A stretch of 64,000 bases of DNA from an uncultured Staphylococcaceae bacterium (lineage in GTDB: Bacteria; Bacillota_I; Bacilli_A; ML615J-28; CAG-313). Under the pieces are notes generated by a model. That model was not told the origin of the DNA. It did no database searches and saw only the letters and a list, made by a program, of their open reading frames with translations. Made by a program: the position numbers and the translations under genes. The stretch spans positions 700 through 64,699 of the forward strand of contig CAYPEY010000005.1 in assembly GCA_964409955.1 (NCBI GenBank), read 5' to 3'. The first letter of the stretch is position 1; the number at the start of each line of letters is the position of its first letter. Positions 30,606 to 41,022 of the stretch are shown in pieces.

Positions 30606-31606
30606 TGTCTAAAGTATCTGTTATTGGTGCAGGTAGTTGGGGTAGCGCCCTTGCAAGAATTCTTGGAGATAATAATAATAATGTATTGTTATACGATACA
30701 GACGCTTCTATAGTAGATGAGATTAACAATTATCATACAAATAAATCTAAACTCTCCTCAGGAGACTTACCACTTAATGTTTTAGCTACTACAAATTTAA
30801 AAGAAGTAGTTAACTTTAGTGATATTATAATCATTTCTATTCCAACAAAAGTTTTAAGAATTGTTCTTAAAGATATTAATAGTATTATAGAAGAACCTAA
30901 ACTTTTTGTTAATGCGTCAAAGGGTCTTGAACCAAATACTTTCTTTAGAGTATCTGAAGTTGTAAAACAAGAAATAGATAATGATAAAATTAAAGGCTTT
31001 GTAGCATTAACTGGTCCATCGCATGCGGAAGAGGTAATCCACCAACTTCCAACAGCAATTTGTTCTGTTAGTGAAAATGAAGACTACGCAAAACAAATTC
31101 AAACATTATTTAATAATAATACTTATTTTAGAGTATATACAGGCAGTGATTTAATCGGTTCTGAACTTTGTGGAGCTATTAAAAATGTTTATGCCATTGC
31201 ATCTGGTATGCTATATGGTGCAGGGTTTGGAGATAATGCTAGGGCTGCGATGATAACAAGATCAACTGTAGAATTAAGAAGAATTGTACTAGCACTAGGT
31301 GGTCGTGAAGATACAATTTTTGGTTTAACAGGAATTGGAGATTTAGTAGTTACAACATCTTCACATCATTCAAGAAACTTCCAAGCAGGTGTTAAACTTG
31401 CTAAAAACCATGACCTTGAAGAAACAATTAATTCGATGACAATGGTTGTTGAAGGCGCAAGAACATGCGAGGCTGTTTATAAATTATCAAAAGAATTAAA
31501 TATTGATACACCAATTATCGATGCGGTATATAACGTTATATACTTAAAACAAGATGTAAAAGAACAAGTTCATTTAATAATGAATCGAGTTGTAAAAGCA
31601 GAGTAG
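30605..31606 (+). CDS. gpsA: NAD(P)H-dependent glycerol-3-phosphate dehydrogenase
   Basis: 333 aa. VIGAGSWGSALA and KG.E motifs. Follows der, as in Bacillus. Confidence 0.93.
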   Translation: MSKVSVIGAGSWGSALARILGDNNNNVLLYDTDASIVDEINNYHTNKSKLSSGDLPLNVLATTNLKEVVNFSDIIIISIPTKVLRIVLKDINSIIEEPKLFVNASKGLEPNTFFRVSEVVKQEIDNDKIKGFVALTGPSHAEEVIHQLPTAICSVSENEDYAKQIQTLFNNNTYFRVYTGSDLIGSELCGAIKNVYAIASGMLYGAGFGDNARAAMITRSTVELRRIVLALGGREDTIFGLTGIGDLVVTTSSHHSRNFQAGVKLAKNHDLEETINSMTMVVEGARTCEAVYKLSKELNIDTPIIDAVYNVIYLKQDVKEQVHLIMNRVVKAE

Positions 31607-31630
31607 CTCTAAAGAGTTACTCTTTTTTTG
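31601..31630 (+). terminator. Intrinsic terminator after gpsA
   Basis: Hairpin gagtagctct/agagttactc overlaps the stop codon and is followed by T7. Confidence 0.6.
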
Positions 31631-31682
31631 ATTTTTTAAGATAGTTTATGCTATAATATAATTGTTTAAAGGAGAACATTTT

Positions 31683-32777
31683 ATGAAATATCGTAAATTA
31701 CCTCATGGAACTGAAATGATAGGAGTACTTGGCCTTGGTCTTGGTGGTATTCAACACACGCCAAGTGATGAAATAGAAGCAATAATAAAAAAAGCCATTA
31801 GTAATGGTATTAATTTTTTTGATTTATGTGCAGGAGGCAACGTTTATAAACCTTTTGGAAGAGCTATCAAAGGAAATCGTGAGAATATTTATATTCAGTG
31901 TCACTTCGGTGCAGTATATGATGAAAATGGAGAATATGGTTGGTGTAGAGACGCTGAGATCATAAAGAAAACGTTCTGGTGGGAGTTAAGTGAACTAGAA
32001 ACCGATTATGTTGATTTCGGCTTCTTACACTGCGTAGATGAGGATGAAGATTTTGATAAACTAGTAGAAATTGGCATCTTTGACTTTATTAAAGAATTAA
32101 AATCAAAAGGTATAGTTCGCCACATCGGTTTTTCTTCTCATACTCCATCGGTTGCAAATCGAATTATCGATACAGGTGTAGTTGATATGATGATGTTTTC
32201 TATCAATCCTGCCTATGATGCTGAAGTAGGTGATGAATATGGGATCGGAACTTTAAAAGAAAGATATAATTTATTTAAACGCTGTGAAAAAGAAGGTATT
32301 GGAATAAGCGTTATGAAACCTTTTCATGCAGGAATATTACTAGATAAGGAAAGATCACCTTTTAAAATTGCTTTAAACCATTATCAATGCCTTCAATATG
32401 CACTTGATAGACCTGGAGTAATGTGTGCAGTACCAGGAGTTCAAACTATGAAACATCTAGATACTCTACTTGGCTTTATTAATGCAACAAAAGAAGAAAA
32501 AGATTATTCAATTATTGGAACATTCAAAGCTGATGCAATTGTAGGGACTTGTGTATATTGTAATCACTGCGAACCTTGTCCTGCAGGAATTGATATTGGG
32601 CTTGTTAATAAATATTATGATCTTGCAAGAGTTGGTGATAGGCTTGCTAAAAATCATTATGATAAGTTATCCATAAAAGCAGATGCTTGTATCAAATGTG
32701 GTCATTGTAATGATAGATGCCCTTTTAAAGTAAACCAACAAAAAAGAATGGATGAAATAAATAAATATTTTAAGTAG
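31683..32777 (+). CDS. Aldo/keto reductase with a C-terminal 4Fe-4S dicluster domain
   Basis: Tracked ORF starts at TTG 31662. The ATG at 31683 follows SD aaaggaga. C-terminus carries CVYCNHCEPCP and CIKCGHCNDRCP. Confidence 0.8.
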   Translation: MKYRKLPHGTEMIGVLGLGLGGIQHTPSDEIEAIIKKAISNGINFFDLCAGGNVYKPFGRAIKGNRENIYIQCHFGAVYDENGEYGWCRDAEIIKKTFWWELSELETDYVDFGFLHCVDEDEDFDKLVEIGIFDFIKELKSKGIVRHIGFSSHTPSVANRIIDTGVVDMMMFSINPAYDAEVGDEYGIGTLKERYNLFKRCEKEGIGISVMKPFHAGILLDKERSPFKIALNHYQCLQYALDRPGVMCAVPGVQTMKHLDTLLGFINATKEEKDYSIIGTFKADAIVGTCVYCNHCEPCPAGIDIGLVNKYYDLARVGDRLAKNHYDKLSIKADACIKCGHCNDRCPFKVNQQKRMDEINKYFK

Positions 32778-32792
32778 ATAAGGGGTAATAAT

Positions 32793-33215
32793 ATGAAAGT
32801 ATTTTATGAAGAACCAAAAGATAATCGCCATTACTATAAATGGATGGATAATGATGGCGTACATAACATTTGGTACGAAAACACAACAATAGTAATTAAT
32901 TATAAAGATATGGATATTCCTACAGAACTAAGAGATTTTTTAGACAAATGGAATAAAAAAATATTAGAATACAAAGAAGAATACATAGAAATGTATCCAG
33001 TAAAGCTAGCAAAAATCGAATTTATCTATAAAGATGTAGTTTATGCCATTTATCCTAAAACCGTTTCAGCAACCTATATGACTGATTTTTTAAGAGATGA
33101 GCCATATGAGGCATCTTGGGATTCTTTATTCGAATCATATCAAAGAGAAATTAGAGATGATTTAGAGGGTAGTCTTGGTGTTATTTACTCACATTATATT
33201 GGTTTTTTAGATTAG
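32793..33215 (+). CDS. Hypothetical protein
   Basis: 140 aa with a good SD (aagggg) and tight spacing after the upstream gene. No family recognised. Confidence 0.5.
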   Translation: MKVFYEEPKDNRHYYKWMDNDGVHNIWYENTTIVINYKDMDIPTELRDFLDKWNKKILEYKEEYIEMYPVKLAKIEFIYKDVVYAIYPKTVSATYMTDFLRDEPYEASWDSLFESYQREIRDDLEGSLGVIYSHYIGFLD

Positions 33216-33272
33216 TTATAAAATTATAAATTTTGCAAATACTATAAAAATGGAAAATAGGAGGAATTTAAA

Positions 33273-33650
33273 ATGATAGATTTTAATAATAATGGTTTTT
33301 TTGCAAGACTAAAAAAAGTTGACTTAAATGAATTTGACAAAATGGTTAATGAATTTTTCATAGTTGATGAAATTGTAGTTGGCGCATACAAAAGTGTTAG
33401 AGATGGAGTTTTATTCACTAATAAAAGAATTATCGCAATCAATGTTCAAGGCCTAACAGGAAAGAAAAAAGATTTTACTTCACTTCCATATAGTAAAATT
33501 TCTACTTTCTCATTAGAAACAGCAGGAACATTTGATATGGATGCAGAACTTGAAATTTATTTATCTGGTGTAGGTAGAGTAAAGTTTGAGTTTACTGGGA
33601 ATACTAATGTAAAAGAAATTTGTAAACAAATTTCTACTTACGTTCTATAA
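33273..33650 (+). CDS. Bacterial PH-domain protein (YokE-like)
   Basis: 125 aa. GVLFTNKRIIAINVQGLTGKKKDFTSLPYSKISTFSLETAG fits bPH/YokE-like proteins. SD aggagg. Confidence 0.65.
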   Translation: MIDFNNNGFFARLKKVDLNEFDKMVNEFFIVDEIVVGAYKSVRDGVLFTNKRIIAINVQGLTGKKKDFTSLPYSKISTFSLETAGTFDMDAELEIYLSGVGRVKFEFTGNTNVKEICKQISTYVL

Positions 33651-33656
33651 TTAAAT

Positions 33657-33686
33657 AAGGGTTGCTTTAGCAACCTTTTGTTTTTG
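33657..33686 (+). terminator. Intrinsic terminator after the PH-domain gene
   Basis: Stem ggttgc/gcaacc (extended by A-T and G-U pairs) with loop ttta, followed by a T-run. Confidence 0.6.
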
Positions 33687-33765
33687 AAAAATAACCGATT
33701 ATATTAATTTCGTTTACTAAAATAAAAAAATATGATATAATTTTATAGAACAAAAGAGGTATTAT

Positions 33766-34674
33766 ATGGAAAAAGTAATAGAAATAAATAATCTTTCAAA
33801 AAGTTATAAAGACTTAAAGGCTGTAAACAATTTATCCTTTTATGTTAAAGAATCTAGCCTTTTTGCTTTTTTAGGAGAAAATGGTGCTGGAAAAAGTACA
33901 ACTATATCAATAATTTGTGGTTTATTAAATAAAGATGCAGGAACTGTAATAGTTAATGGACATGATATAGATAAGGAAATGAACTTAATTAAAAATGATT
34001 TAGGCGTTGTTTTTCAAAATAGTGTTCTTGATAAACAATTATCTGTTCGTGATAATTTAAAACACCGAGCATCACTATATGGAATTATCGGTAATAAGTT
34101 TGAAGAAAGATTACTTGAACTTGCAAACTTATTTGATTTTACTGATTTTATAGATCGCCCAATTATGAAATTATCAGGTGGTCAAAAACGAAAAATCGAT
34201 ATAGCAAGAGCTTTAATTCATAAACCTAAAATATTAATATTAGATGAACCTACAACTGGACTTGATCCACAAACTAGAAAGAACGTTTGGGACGTTCTTA
34301 CAAGATTAAGACAAGAAGAAAAGATGACAATCCTTTTAACTACCCATTATATGGAAGAAGCAAGTGAAGCTAATCATATTTTAATTATTGATAAAGGTGA
34401 AATGATAGCAGAAGGTACTCCTATTGAATTAAAAGATAAATATGCTAATGATAATATCTTTATCTATGATGTAACAGAAGATGAAATAAAAAAATTAAAT
34501 GTGCCCTATGTTAAAATTCCAAGTGGTTACAAAATAGAAGTAGAATCAACAAAAGATGCAACAAAACTTATTTCAACTCACCCTGAACTTTTTAAAAACT
34601 TTGAAGTAATAAAAGGTAAAATGGATGATGTATTCTTAAATGTTACAGGTAAGACATTAGAAGAGGTGGAATAA
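33766..34674 (+). CDS. ABC transporter ATP-binding protein
   Basis: 302 aa. Walker A GENGAGKST, signature LSGGQKRK and Walker B ILILDEP. Confidence 0.92.
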   Translation: MEKVIEINNLSKSYKDLKAVNNLSFYVKESSLFAFLGENGAGKSTTISIICGLLNKDAGTVIVNGHDIDKEMNLIKNDLGVVFQNSVLDKQLSVRDNLKHRASLYGIIGNKFEERLLELANLFDFTDFIDRPIMKLSGGQKRKIDIARALIHKPKILILDEPTTGLDPQTRKNVWDVLTRLRQEEKMTILLTTHYMEEASEANHILIIDKGEMIAEGTPIELKDKYANDNIFIYDVTEDEIKKLNVPYVKIPSGYKIEVESTKDATKLISTHPELFKNFEVIKGKMDDVFLNVTGKTLEEVE

Positions 34675-35576
34675 TGAAAACTTTAACTCAAATAATAAAA
34701 AGAAACATCTCATTGTTTTTTAAAGACAAAGGATTATTCTTTACTTCACTTATTACACCTTTAATTTTACTGGTTTTATATGCAACATTTTTAGCTAATA
34801 TTTACGAAGATAGTTTTACAACAATTCTTTCTGAAATCGGCCTCACAGCGGATGAAAAAATTATTAACGGACTTGTGGGCGGTCAACTTCTCTCATCGCT
34901 TTTATCAGTGAGTTGTATAACAGTATCATTTTGTTCTAATATGTTATCGGTTCAAGATAAAGTTACTAAAGCAAAAGATGATTTACTAATGACTCCTTGT
35001 AAAAAAGAATATTTTGCGATAGGATATTTCGCATCTACATTTATTGCAACATTAATAATTTGTTTAATTGCACTTATAGCCGGACTTATTTATTTAAGTA
35101 TTATCGGTTGGTATTTAACTTTAAATGATATACTAGTGATCCTTTTTGACGTAATAATCTTAGTTCTATTTGGTACTACATTATCTTCATTTATCAATCA
35201 TTTCTTAAGTTCGCAAGGACAAATTTCTGCTGTGGGATCAATTGTTAGTTCATGTTATGGTTTCTTATGTGGAGCTTATATGCCAATATCACAATTTAGT
35301 AAAGGCCTTCAACAAGCATTAATGTTTTTTCCAGGAACTTATGGTACATCACTTATGAGACGTCATGCTATGGGAAGTGCATTTGATGCATTAAAAGGTG
35401 AAAATATTCCCGATGCATTAATTAATGTGATGAAAGATGTAGTCGATTTTAACATTTATTTTGATGATAAATTTGTAGAATCATACGTAATGTATTTAGT
35501 TTTAATTGGTTCGACAATTATCTTTTTAACAGCTTATATTTTAGTACATAAATATTCAAAAAATAAGAAAAAATAG
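34674..35576 (+). CDS. ABC-2 type transporter permease
   Basis: 300 aa with about 6 TM segments. Start overlaps the ATPase gene stop (ATAATG). Confidence 0.8.
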   Translation: MKTLTQIIKRNISLFFKDKGLFFTSLITPLILLVLYATFLANIYEDSFTTILSEIGLTADEKIINGLVGGQLLSSLLSVSCITVSFCSNMLSVQDKVTKAKDDLLMTPCKKEYFAIGYFASTFIATLIICLIALIAGLIYLSIIGWYLTLNDILVILFDVIILVLFGTTLSSFINHFLSSQGQISAVGSIVSSCYGFLCGAYMPISQFSKGLQQALMFFPGTYGTSLMRRHAMGSAFDALKGENIPDALINVMKDVVDFNIYFDDKFVESYVMYLVLIGSTIIFLTAYILVHKYSKNKKK

Positions 35577-35586
35577 AAATTTTTAA

Positions 35587-35620
35587 TAAAACACCTCATA
35601 TAATAATGTGAGGTGTTTTT
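35587..35620 (+). terminator. Intrinsic terminator after the ABC operon
   Basis: 11-bp stem aaaacacctca/tgaggtgtttt followed by a T-run. The 3' arm doubles as the SD of the next gene. Confidence 0.7.
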
Positions 35621-35621
35621 T

Positions 35622-35861
35622 ATGAATTTTAATAAAGTTATGAACTTTATAACAGAAAATAATATTAGTCCAGAAGCTGTTTTTACTCTGGTAGAAAAGG
35701 TGAGAACAATGGATTTAAATAATGAAGAAAGCATAAGAACTGTGATTAAAGATGTTTCCATTTTGGCAGGTAAAAACTTAAGTAAAGCTGATGAAAATAA
35801 ACTAGTTAGAGAAATAATGGACAACGGAGTTAATGAAAACCTTTTCAACGTTTTTAAATAG
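35622..35861 (+). CDS. Stage VI sporulation protein F-like (SpoVIF/YjcC family)
   Basis: Tracked start is GTG 35613. The ATG at 35622 follows SD gaggtg. DLNNEESIRTVIKDVSILAGKNLSKADENKLVREI aligns with recalled B. subtilis SpoVIF (FKDENTVRSVINRVAQMANRRVPKELEDKIVESI). Confidence 0.6.
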   Translation: MNFNKVMNFITENNISPEAVFTLVEKVRTMDLNNEESIRTVIKDVSILAGKNLSKADENKLVREIMDNGVNENLFNVFK

Positions 35862-35924
35862 CAAAATCACTTTATTTTTATCTTCAATAATGGTATAATT
35901 ATATTACCTAAGGAGGTAGAAAAC

Positions 35925-37340
35925 ATGAGTGTAAATCATAAAGAAATGTTTGGAATTAATGAAACTTCCGCAAAATCTATTTTAGAAGTATTACTTTCTA
36001 CTGGCGGAGAATTTGCAGAAGTATTTATGGAAAATTCTACAAATGAAGTATTTTCAATGAGATCAGGAATTCTTGATCGTATAAATTTATCTAAAAATAA
36101 AGGTGCAGCTATTCGTATTATCAAAGGTAATACTGAAGTTAATGCATCAGTTACAGTAGCAACTTATGAAAATATGCTTGCAAAAGCTAAAATTTTAGCA
36201 GCAAGTTTTTCAGGAGAAAAAACAACTGAAGTAGAACCTTTTGTTGAAAAGAAAGTAACAAAAGTAGTAGATCCTAAATGCGTTAGAAAAGATAACAACG
36301 ATTATGAAATTGAATTATTAACAAGAGTATCTAAAGCAGCAAAAGAATATAGTCCAGAAATCGTTCAAGTAATCGTTAACTTAACAAAACAAGAAAAAGA
36401 AATCTTTGTTTTTGCAAGTGACTCTACTTGGCAAACTGACTATAGATGTAATACTCGTATTAGTTGTAATGCAATTGCAAGTGATGGAAAATCTATGCAA
36501 CCTAATGGAAGTAGCTTTGGACGTAACCAAGGTATGGAAATGTTTGAAGAATTTAATCCTGAAGAATTTGCAAAGGAAATTGCTCACGATGCAGTGAAAA
36601 TGCTACATGCTGAAGAAATTCAAGGTGGAGAAATGCCGGTTGTAATCCATAATGGTTTCGGTGGTGTTATCCTTCATGAAGCTTGCGTTCATGGACTTGA
36701 AGCAACTTCAGTTGCCAAAGGTATGTCTGTATTCTGCGGTAAACTTGGTGAAAAAGTTGCTAGTGATATTGTAAACGCAGTAGATGATGGAACTAATCTT
36801 AATGCTTGGGGTTCAATTAATGTTGATGATGAAGGTACTCCGTCACAATGTAATGTTTTAATTGAAAACGGTATTTTAAAATCATACTTAGTTGATAAAC
36901 GTAACTCTAAGAAAATGAATCATCCTATTACTGGTTCATCAAGACGTGAATCTTACAAATATCAAACTACATCTCGTATGACAAATACATACTTTTTAAA
37001 TGGTACTTCAACATTTGAAGAAATTATCAAAAATACAAAAAAAGGTTTATTTGCTAAACAAATGGGTGGAGGAAGTGTTCAACCTGCAACAGGTGAATTT
37101 AACTTTGCCGTAAACGTTGGATACTTAATCGAAGATGGAAAAATCACTAAACCTGTTAAAGGGGCTACACTTATCGGTTCAGGTAAAGATGTATTACTTA
37201 GAATTGATATGATTGCTGATAACCTAGCTTGTGGTTATGGTGTATGTGGTTCAGCAAGTGGATCTGTTCCAACAATTGTAGGACAACCTACAATTCGCGT
37301 ATCAAGCATGACAGTTGGTGGAAAAGGAGGTAACAAATAA
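35925..37340 (+). CDS. tldD: Metalloprotease TldD
   Basis: 471 aa. HEACVHGLE zinc motif. Paired with pmbA. Confidence 0.9.
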   Translation: MSVNHKEMFGINETSAKSILEVLLSTGGEFAEVFMENSTNEVFSMRSGILDRINLSKNKGAAIRIIKGNTEVNASVTVATYENMLAKAKILAASFSGEKTTEVEPFVEKKVTKVVDPKCVRKDNNDYEIELLTRVSKAAKEYSPEIVQVIVNLTKQEKEIFVFASDSTWQTDYRCNTRISCNAIASDGKSMQPNGSSFGRNQGMEMFEEFNPEEFAKEIAHDAVKMLHAEEIQGGEMPVVIHNGFGGVILHEACVHGLEATSVAKGMSVFCGKLGEKVASDIVNAVDDGTNLNAWGSINVDDEGTPSQCNVLIENGILKSYLVDKRNSKKMNHPITGSSRRESYKYQTTSRMTNTYFLNGTSTFEEIIKNTKKGLFAKQMGGGSVQPATGEFNFAVNVGYLIEDGKITKPVKGATLIGSGKDVLLRIDMIADNLACGYGVCGSASGSVPTIVGQPTIRVSSMTVGGKGGNK

Positions 37341-38671
37341 TGACTTTAGAACAAATCATTGAAAAAGGTTTAGCTTTAGGCCTTGAAGCAGTAGAAGTAT
37401 ATGCAAGTTCAAGAGAAAGCAACACTTTAAAAGTTAATGATGGAAACCTTGAATCATATAATATGTCGGATTTTCTAGGTATCTCAATTCGAGGCTTACT
37501 TGATGGTAAAATGGCTTATGTTTATGTTGAATCATATGATGAAGAAACAATCAATACAGCTTTAAAAACATTAATTGATAATGTTAAAGTTATTGGCGTT
37601 ACAGAACCTGAATTTATGTTTGAAGGTGGCGCAACTTATCAAGAAGTACCTGCCGTTGTATCAGACTATAAAGAACATACAACAGAAGAAAAGTTAGAAT
37701 TATTAAAAGATATTGAAAAACAAATTCTTGCAAAAGATAATAGAATTGTAAAGGTTGGTTATTGTCAATATTCTGAAGTATCATCTAGTGTTCAAATCAT
37801 GAATTCTAAGGGGTTGAATTTAAAAAGAGCTAATTCTTATATTTCAACTTTTGCAGGAGCGCTTGCAACTGATGGTAAAGACACTTACACTGGTTTTTCT
37901 GGAGATGTTAATTTTGACTTTGGTAAGTTAGAAAAATCAAGAATTATCGATGAAGCAGCAACTCTTGCATTAGAACAAATAGGTGCTGGATTCGTCCAAT
38001 CTGGACATTATCCTGTAGTATTAAAAAGAGATGTAGCATCTGAAATTATTGGTGCTTTCGCATCAGTATTTGTAGGAGATTCTGCAATTCGTAAAATGAC
38101 TATATTAACAGATAAAATTGGTGAAAAAGTATTTGGAGATAATATCAATTTAATCGATGATCCATTCTGTAAAAAAGCTTTAGTTCACTCATCATTTGAT
38201 GATGAAGGTGTACCTTGTTATACTAAATCAATTGTAGAAAATGGTGTATTTAAAGGCTTTATGCATAGTTTAAAAACTGCTAATTTCTATGGTGTAAAAC
38301 CTACAGGTAATGGTTTTAAAGCTGGTGCTGCAGGTGGTGTTTCAACAAGTCCTGTAAACTTATATTTACAAGAAGGTGATTCTTCAAAAGATGAAATTAT
38401 CGCAACAGTTGATAAAGGTATCTTTGTAACAGAAGTAGCAGGTTTACATGCCGGACTAAATCCAATTTCTGGTGACTTCAATGTTCAAGCTAAAGGCTTT
38501 ATGATAGAAGATGGTCGTCTTGGTGCTCCTATTACATTATTCGTAGTATCAGGTAACTTCTTTGAAATGATGAATAATGTTGAAATTATCGGTAACGATA
38601 TTGAAGAACGTTTCAATGGTGTTGCATCCCCTACTTTAAAAATCAAATCATTAGCAATTTCTGGTAAATAA
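37340..38671 (+). CDS. pmbA: TldE/PmbA protease partner
   Basis: 443 aa PmbA_TldD family protein without HExxxH. Start overlaps the tldD stop. Confidence 0.88.
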   Translation: MTLEQIIEKGLALGLEAVEVYASSRESNTLKVNDGNLESYNMSDFLGISIRGLLDGKMAYVYVESYDEETINTALKTLIDNVKVIGVTEPEFMFEGGATYQEVPAVVSDYKEHTTEEKLELLKDIEKQILAKDNRIVKVGYCQYSEVSSSVQIMNSKGLNLKRANSYISTFAGALATDGKDTYTGFSGDVNFDFGKLEKSRIIDEAATLALEQIGAGFVQSGHYPVVLKRDVASEIIGAFASVFVGDSAIRKMTILTDKIGEKVFGDNINLIDDPFCKKALVHSSFDDEGVPCYTKSIVENGVFKGFMHSLKTANFYGVKPTGNGFKAGAAGGVSTSPVNLYLQEGDSSKDEIIATVDKGIFVTEVAGLHAGLNPISGDFNVQAKGFMIEDGRLGAPITLFVVSGNFFEMMNNVEIIGNDIEERFNGVASPTLKIKSLAISGK

Positions 38672-38677
38672 AATGTT

Positions 38678-38708
38678 AAAATCGCATCATTTTGATGCGA
38701 TTTTTTTC
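38678..38708 (+). terminator. Intrinsic terminator after pmbA
   Basis: Stem atcgcatca/tgatgcgat with loop ttt, followed by T7. Confidence 0.8.
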
Positions 38709-38832
38709 TTTTTTACAAAACATTAACATTTAGAAAATAATAATTTAACATATAAATAGTAAAATATTATTGCAATAAACGAAGGAGTTATTGTATGTTA
38801 GAATAAATAAAAATTAGGAGGAATAAAAAAAC

Positions 38833-39141
38833 ATGGCAAATTTATTAAAAAAAGCATTTAATGATATGAAAGAAAGTGCAAAAGCACAACATGAAGTAGA
38901 TAAAGCAAATTTTCAAGCAGTAAAAGCAGAATCAAAGGCAGACTTTGAAGAAAACAAAGGTTCTAATACTTATAAAAAAGCAAAAGCAGATGCTAAAAAA
39001 AATTGGGATGAAGCTCATATGACACCTGCAGAGAGAACTGCTAAAGTACGAGAAGAACAAAAGAAACAAATCGAAGAAGCAAATGCTAGAACTGCTGCAG
39101 CAAATGAAAGATATAATAACGCTAAAGTTACAAAAAAATAA
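38833..39141 (+). CDS. Lys/Ala/Glu-rich hypothetical protein (predicted coiled coil)
   Basis: 102 aa with a strong SD aggagg. Low-complexity charged sequence. Confidence 0.55.
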   Translation: MANLLKKAFNDMKESAKAQHEVDKANFQAVKAESKADFEENKGSNTYKKAKADAKKNWDEAHMTPAERTAKVREEQKKQIEEANARTAAANERYNNAKVTKK

Positions 39142-39211
39142 ATAATATATTTAATTTTAAAGAAACTTTTTATTGAAAGTTTCTTTTTCTTTATTTCATT
39201 AAGTGATTAAC

Positions 39212-39240
39212 TTGTAAAAAACTAAAATATTTGCTATAAT
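39212..39240 (+). promoter_or_regulatory. Sigma-A promoter of proS
   Basis: TTGTAA, 17-bp spacer, TATAAT, with a TGC extended -10. Confidence 0.65.
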
Positions 39241-39276
39241 ATATAAGATGAAATTATATAAAAAGAAGGTATTAAT

Positions 39277-40983
39277 ATGAAAGCAAGTAGAATGTTAATT
39301 GCAACATTAAAAGAAGCTCCAAATGAAGCTGTTATTTCAAGTCATATCTTACTTATAAGAGCTGGTATGATAAGAAAACTCGTAGCTGGTGTTTATAACT
39401 ATTTACCACTAGGTTTAAGAGTTTTAAATAAAATAGAAAAAGTTATTAGACAAGAAATGGATAATGCGGGAAGTTTAGAAATTTTATCTTCAGCAATCCA
39501 ACCAAAAGAACTTTGGGAAGAATCAGGACGTTGGCAAAAATATGGTCCTGAACTAATGAGATTTAAAGATCGACATGACCGAGATTTTTGTTTAGGTCCA
39601 ACTCATGAAGAAATCTTTACAGACCTTGTTAGAACAGAAATTAAGTCTCGTAAAAACTTACCTATTAACTTATACCAAATTCAAACTAAATACCGTGATG
39701 AATTAAGACCTCGTTTTGGCCTTATGAGAGGGCGCGAATTTATTATGAAGGACGCTTATTCATTTGACCTTACTACAGAAGGGTTGGATGAGTCTTACAA
39801 AATTATGCATAAAGCTTATGAAAATATTTTTACAAGACTTGGTATCAATTATAAAATCGTACTTGCTGACACAGGCGCAATCGGTGGAACAGGATCTCAT
39901 CAATTCATGGCATTATCTGATGTAGGTGAAAGTAACATCATTTACTGTGACACTTGTGGTTATGCAGCAGACGAAGAAAAGGCTGAACATAAGCTTAAAA
40001 AAGTTGAACTTGATGAATTTAAGGGTATAGAAAAAGTAGAAACTCCTAGGAAAAAATCAATTGAAGAAGTAGCTGAATTTTTAGGACAAACTGCTAAAAA
40101 TATCGTTAAATCAATGGTTTATAAGAACTTAACTGACAATAGTTTAGTTGTAGTACTAGTGCCAGGATATCGTGATGTTAATGAAATTAAACTTGTAAAT
40201 CATTTAGGAATTGCAGAACATGAAATTGCTCTTGCAACATTTGATGAAATTGCAAGCCTTAACTCTTTTGAAGGATTTGTTGGACCTGTTGGACTTAATG
40301 CTCGCTTGCTAGTAGATGAAGAAATTCCTACTATGTCTAACTTTACAGTTGGTGCAAATGAAAAAGATTGCCATTTAATTAATGTTAACTATGGAAGAGA
40401 CTTTACAGGAGAAGTAATTAAAGTTGCTACTACCCTTGAAGGTGACCTTTGTCCAATTTGTGGAAAACCACTATCTATGGAACGTGGTATTGAAGTAGGT
40501 CAAATCTTCAAACTTGGAACTAAATATTCTGAACCACTAAACTGTGTATACCAAGATGAAACAGGTAAAAATATACCTATGGTTATGGGATGTTATGGTA
40601 TCGGTGTTACTCGTACAATGTCTAGTATCATCGAACAAAACCATGATGATAGTGGTATAATTTGGCCACTTAATGTTGCTCCATATCATGCAGTTATTGT
40701 ACCAATCAATTATAATGATCCTGATATGAAAAAAGGTGCCGATGAAATGTATGAAGTTTTAAAACAAGCAGGCGTTGAGGTTATCTTAGATGACAGAGAC
40801 GCAAAACCTGGTTTCAAATTTAAAGACTGGGAATTAATCGGTATTCCATATATTATTACAGTAGGTCGTCTTGCAAAAGATGGTATTTGTGAATTCAAAG
40901 AAAGAAGAACTTTAGAAAAAGTAGAACACTCATTTAGTGATGCAACTTCAATAGTAATCGAAGCAGTTAAAAATATAAAATAA
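39277..40983 (+). CDS. proS: Proline--tRNA ligase (bacterial type with INS editing domain)
   Basis: 568 aa. Class II motifs (FRDE..PRFGL.RGREF, GCYGIGV) and a central insertion. Confidence 0.95.
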   Translation: MKASRMLIATLKEAPNEAVISSHILLIRAGMIRKLVAGVYNYLPLGLRVLNKIEKVIRQEMDNAGSLEILSSAIQPKELWEESGRWQKYGPELMRFKDRHDRDFCLGPTHEEIFTDLVRTEIKSRKNLPINLYQIQTKYRDELRPRFGLMRGREFIMKDAYSFDLTTEGLDESYKIMHKAYENIFTRLGINYKIVLADTGAIGGTGSHQFMALSDVGESNIIYCDTCGYAADEEKAEHKLKKVELDEFKGIEKVETPRKKSIEEVAEFLGQTAKNIVKSMVYKNLTDNSLVVVLVPGYRDVNEIKLVNHLGIAEHEIALATFDEIASLNSFEGFVGPVGLNARLLVDEEIPTMSNFTVGANEKDCHLINVNYGRDFTGEVIKVATTLEGDLCPICGKPLSMERGIEVGQIFKLGTKYSEPLNCVYQDETGKNIPMVMGCYGIGVTRTMSSIIEQNHDDSGIIWPLNVAPYHAVIVPINYNDPDMKKGADEMYEVLKQAGVEVILDDRDAKPGFKFKDWELIGIPYIITVGRLAKDGICEFKERRTLEKVEHSFSDATSIVIEAVKNIK

Positions 40984-40989
40984 TAAAAT

Positions 40990-41022
40990 AATGAAGGTTT
41001 TAGGACCTTCATTATTTTATTT
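40990..41022. terminator. Bidirectional terminator between proS and the 41017..41529 gene
   Basis: Stem aatgaaggt/accttcatt with a 6-nt loop. Confidence 0.7.

Noticed and set aside
38795-38806. Three-codon mini-ORF (ATG TTA GAA TAA) with SD gaaggag upstream of the Lys/Ala-rich protein gene
   Set aside because: It is too short to evaluate. It has no associated alternative hairpins suggesting attenuation, so it is probably a coincidence.
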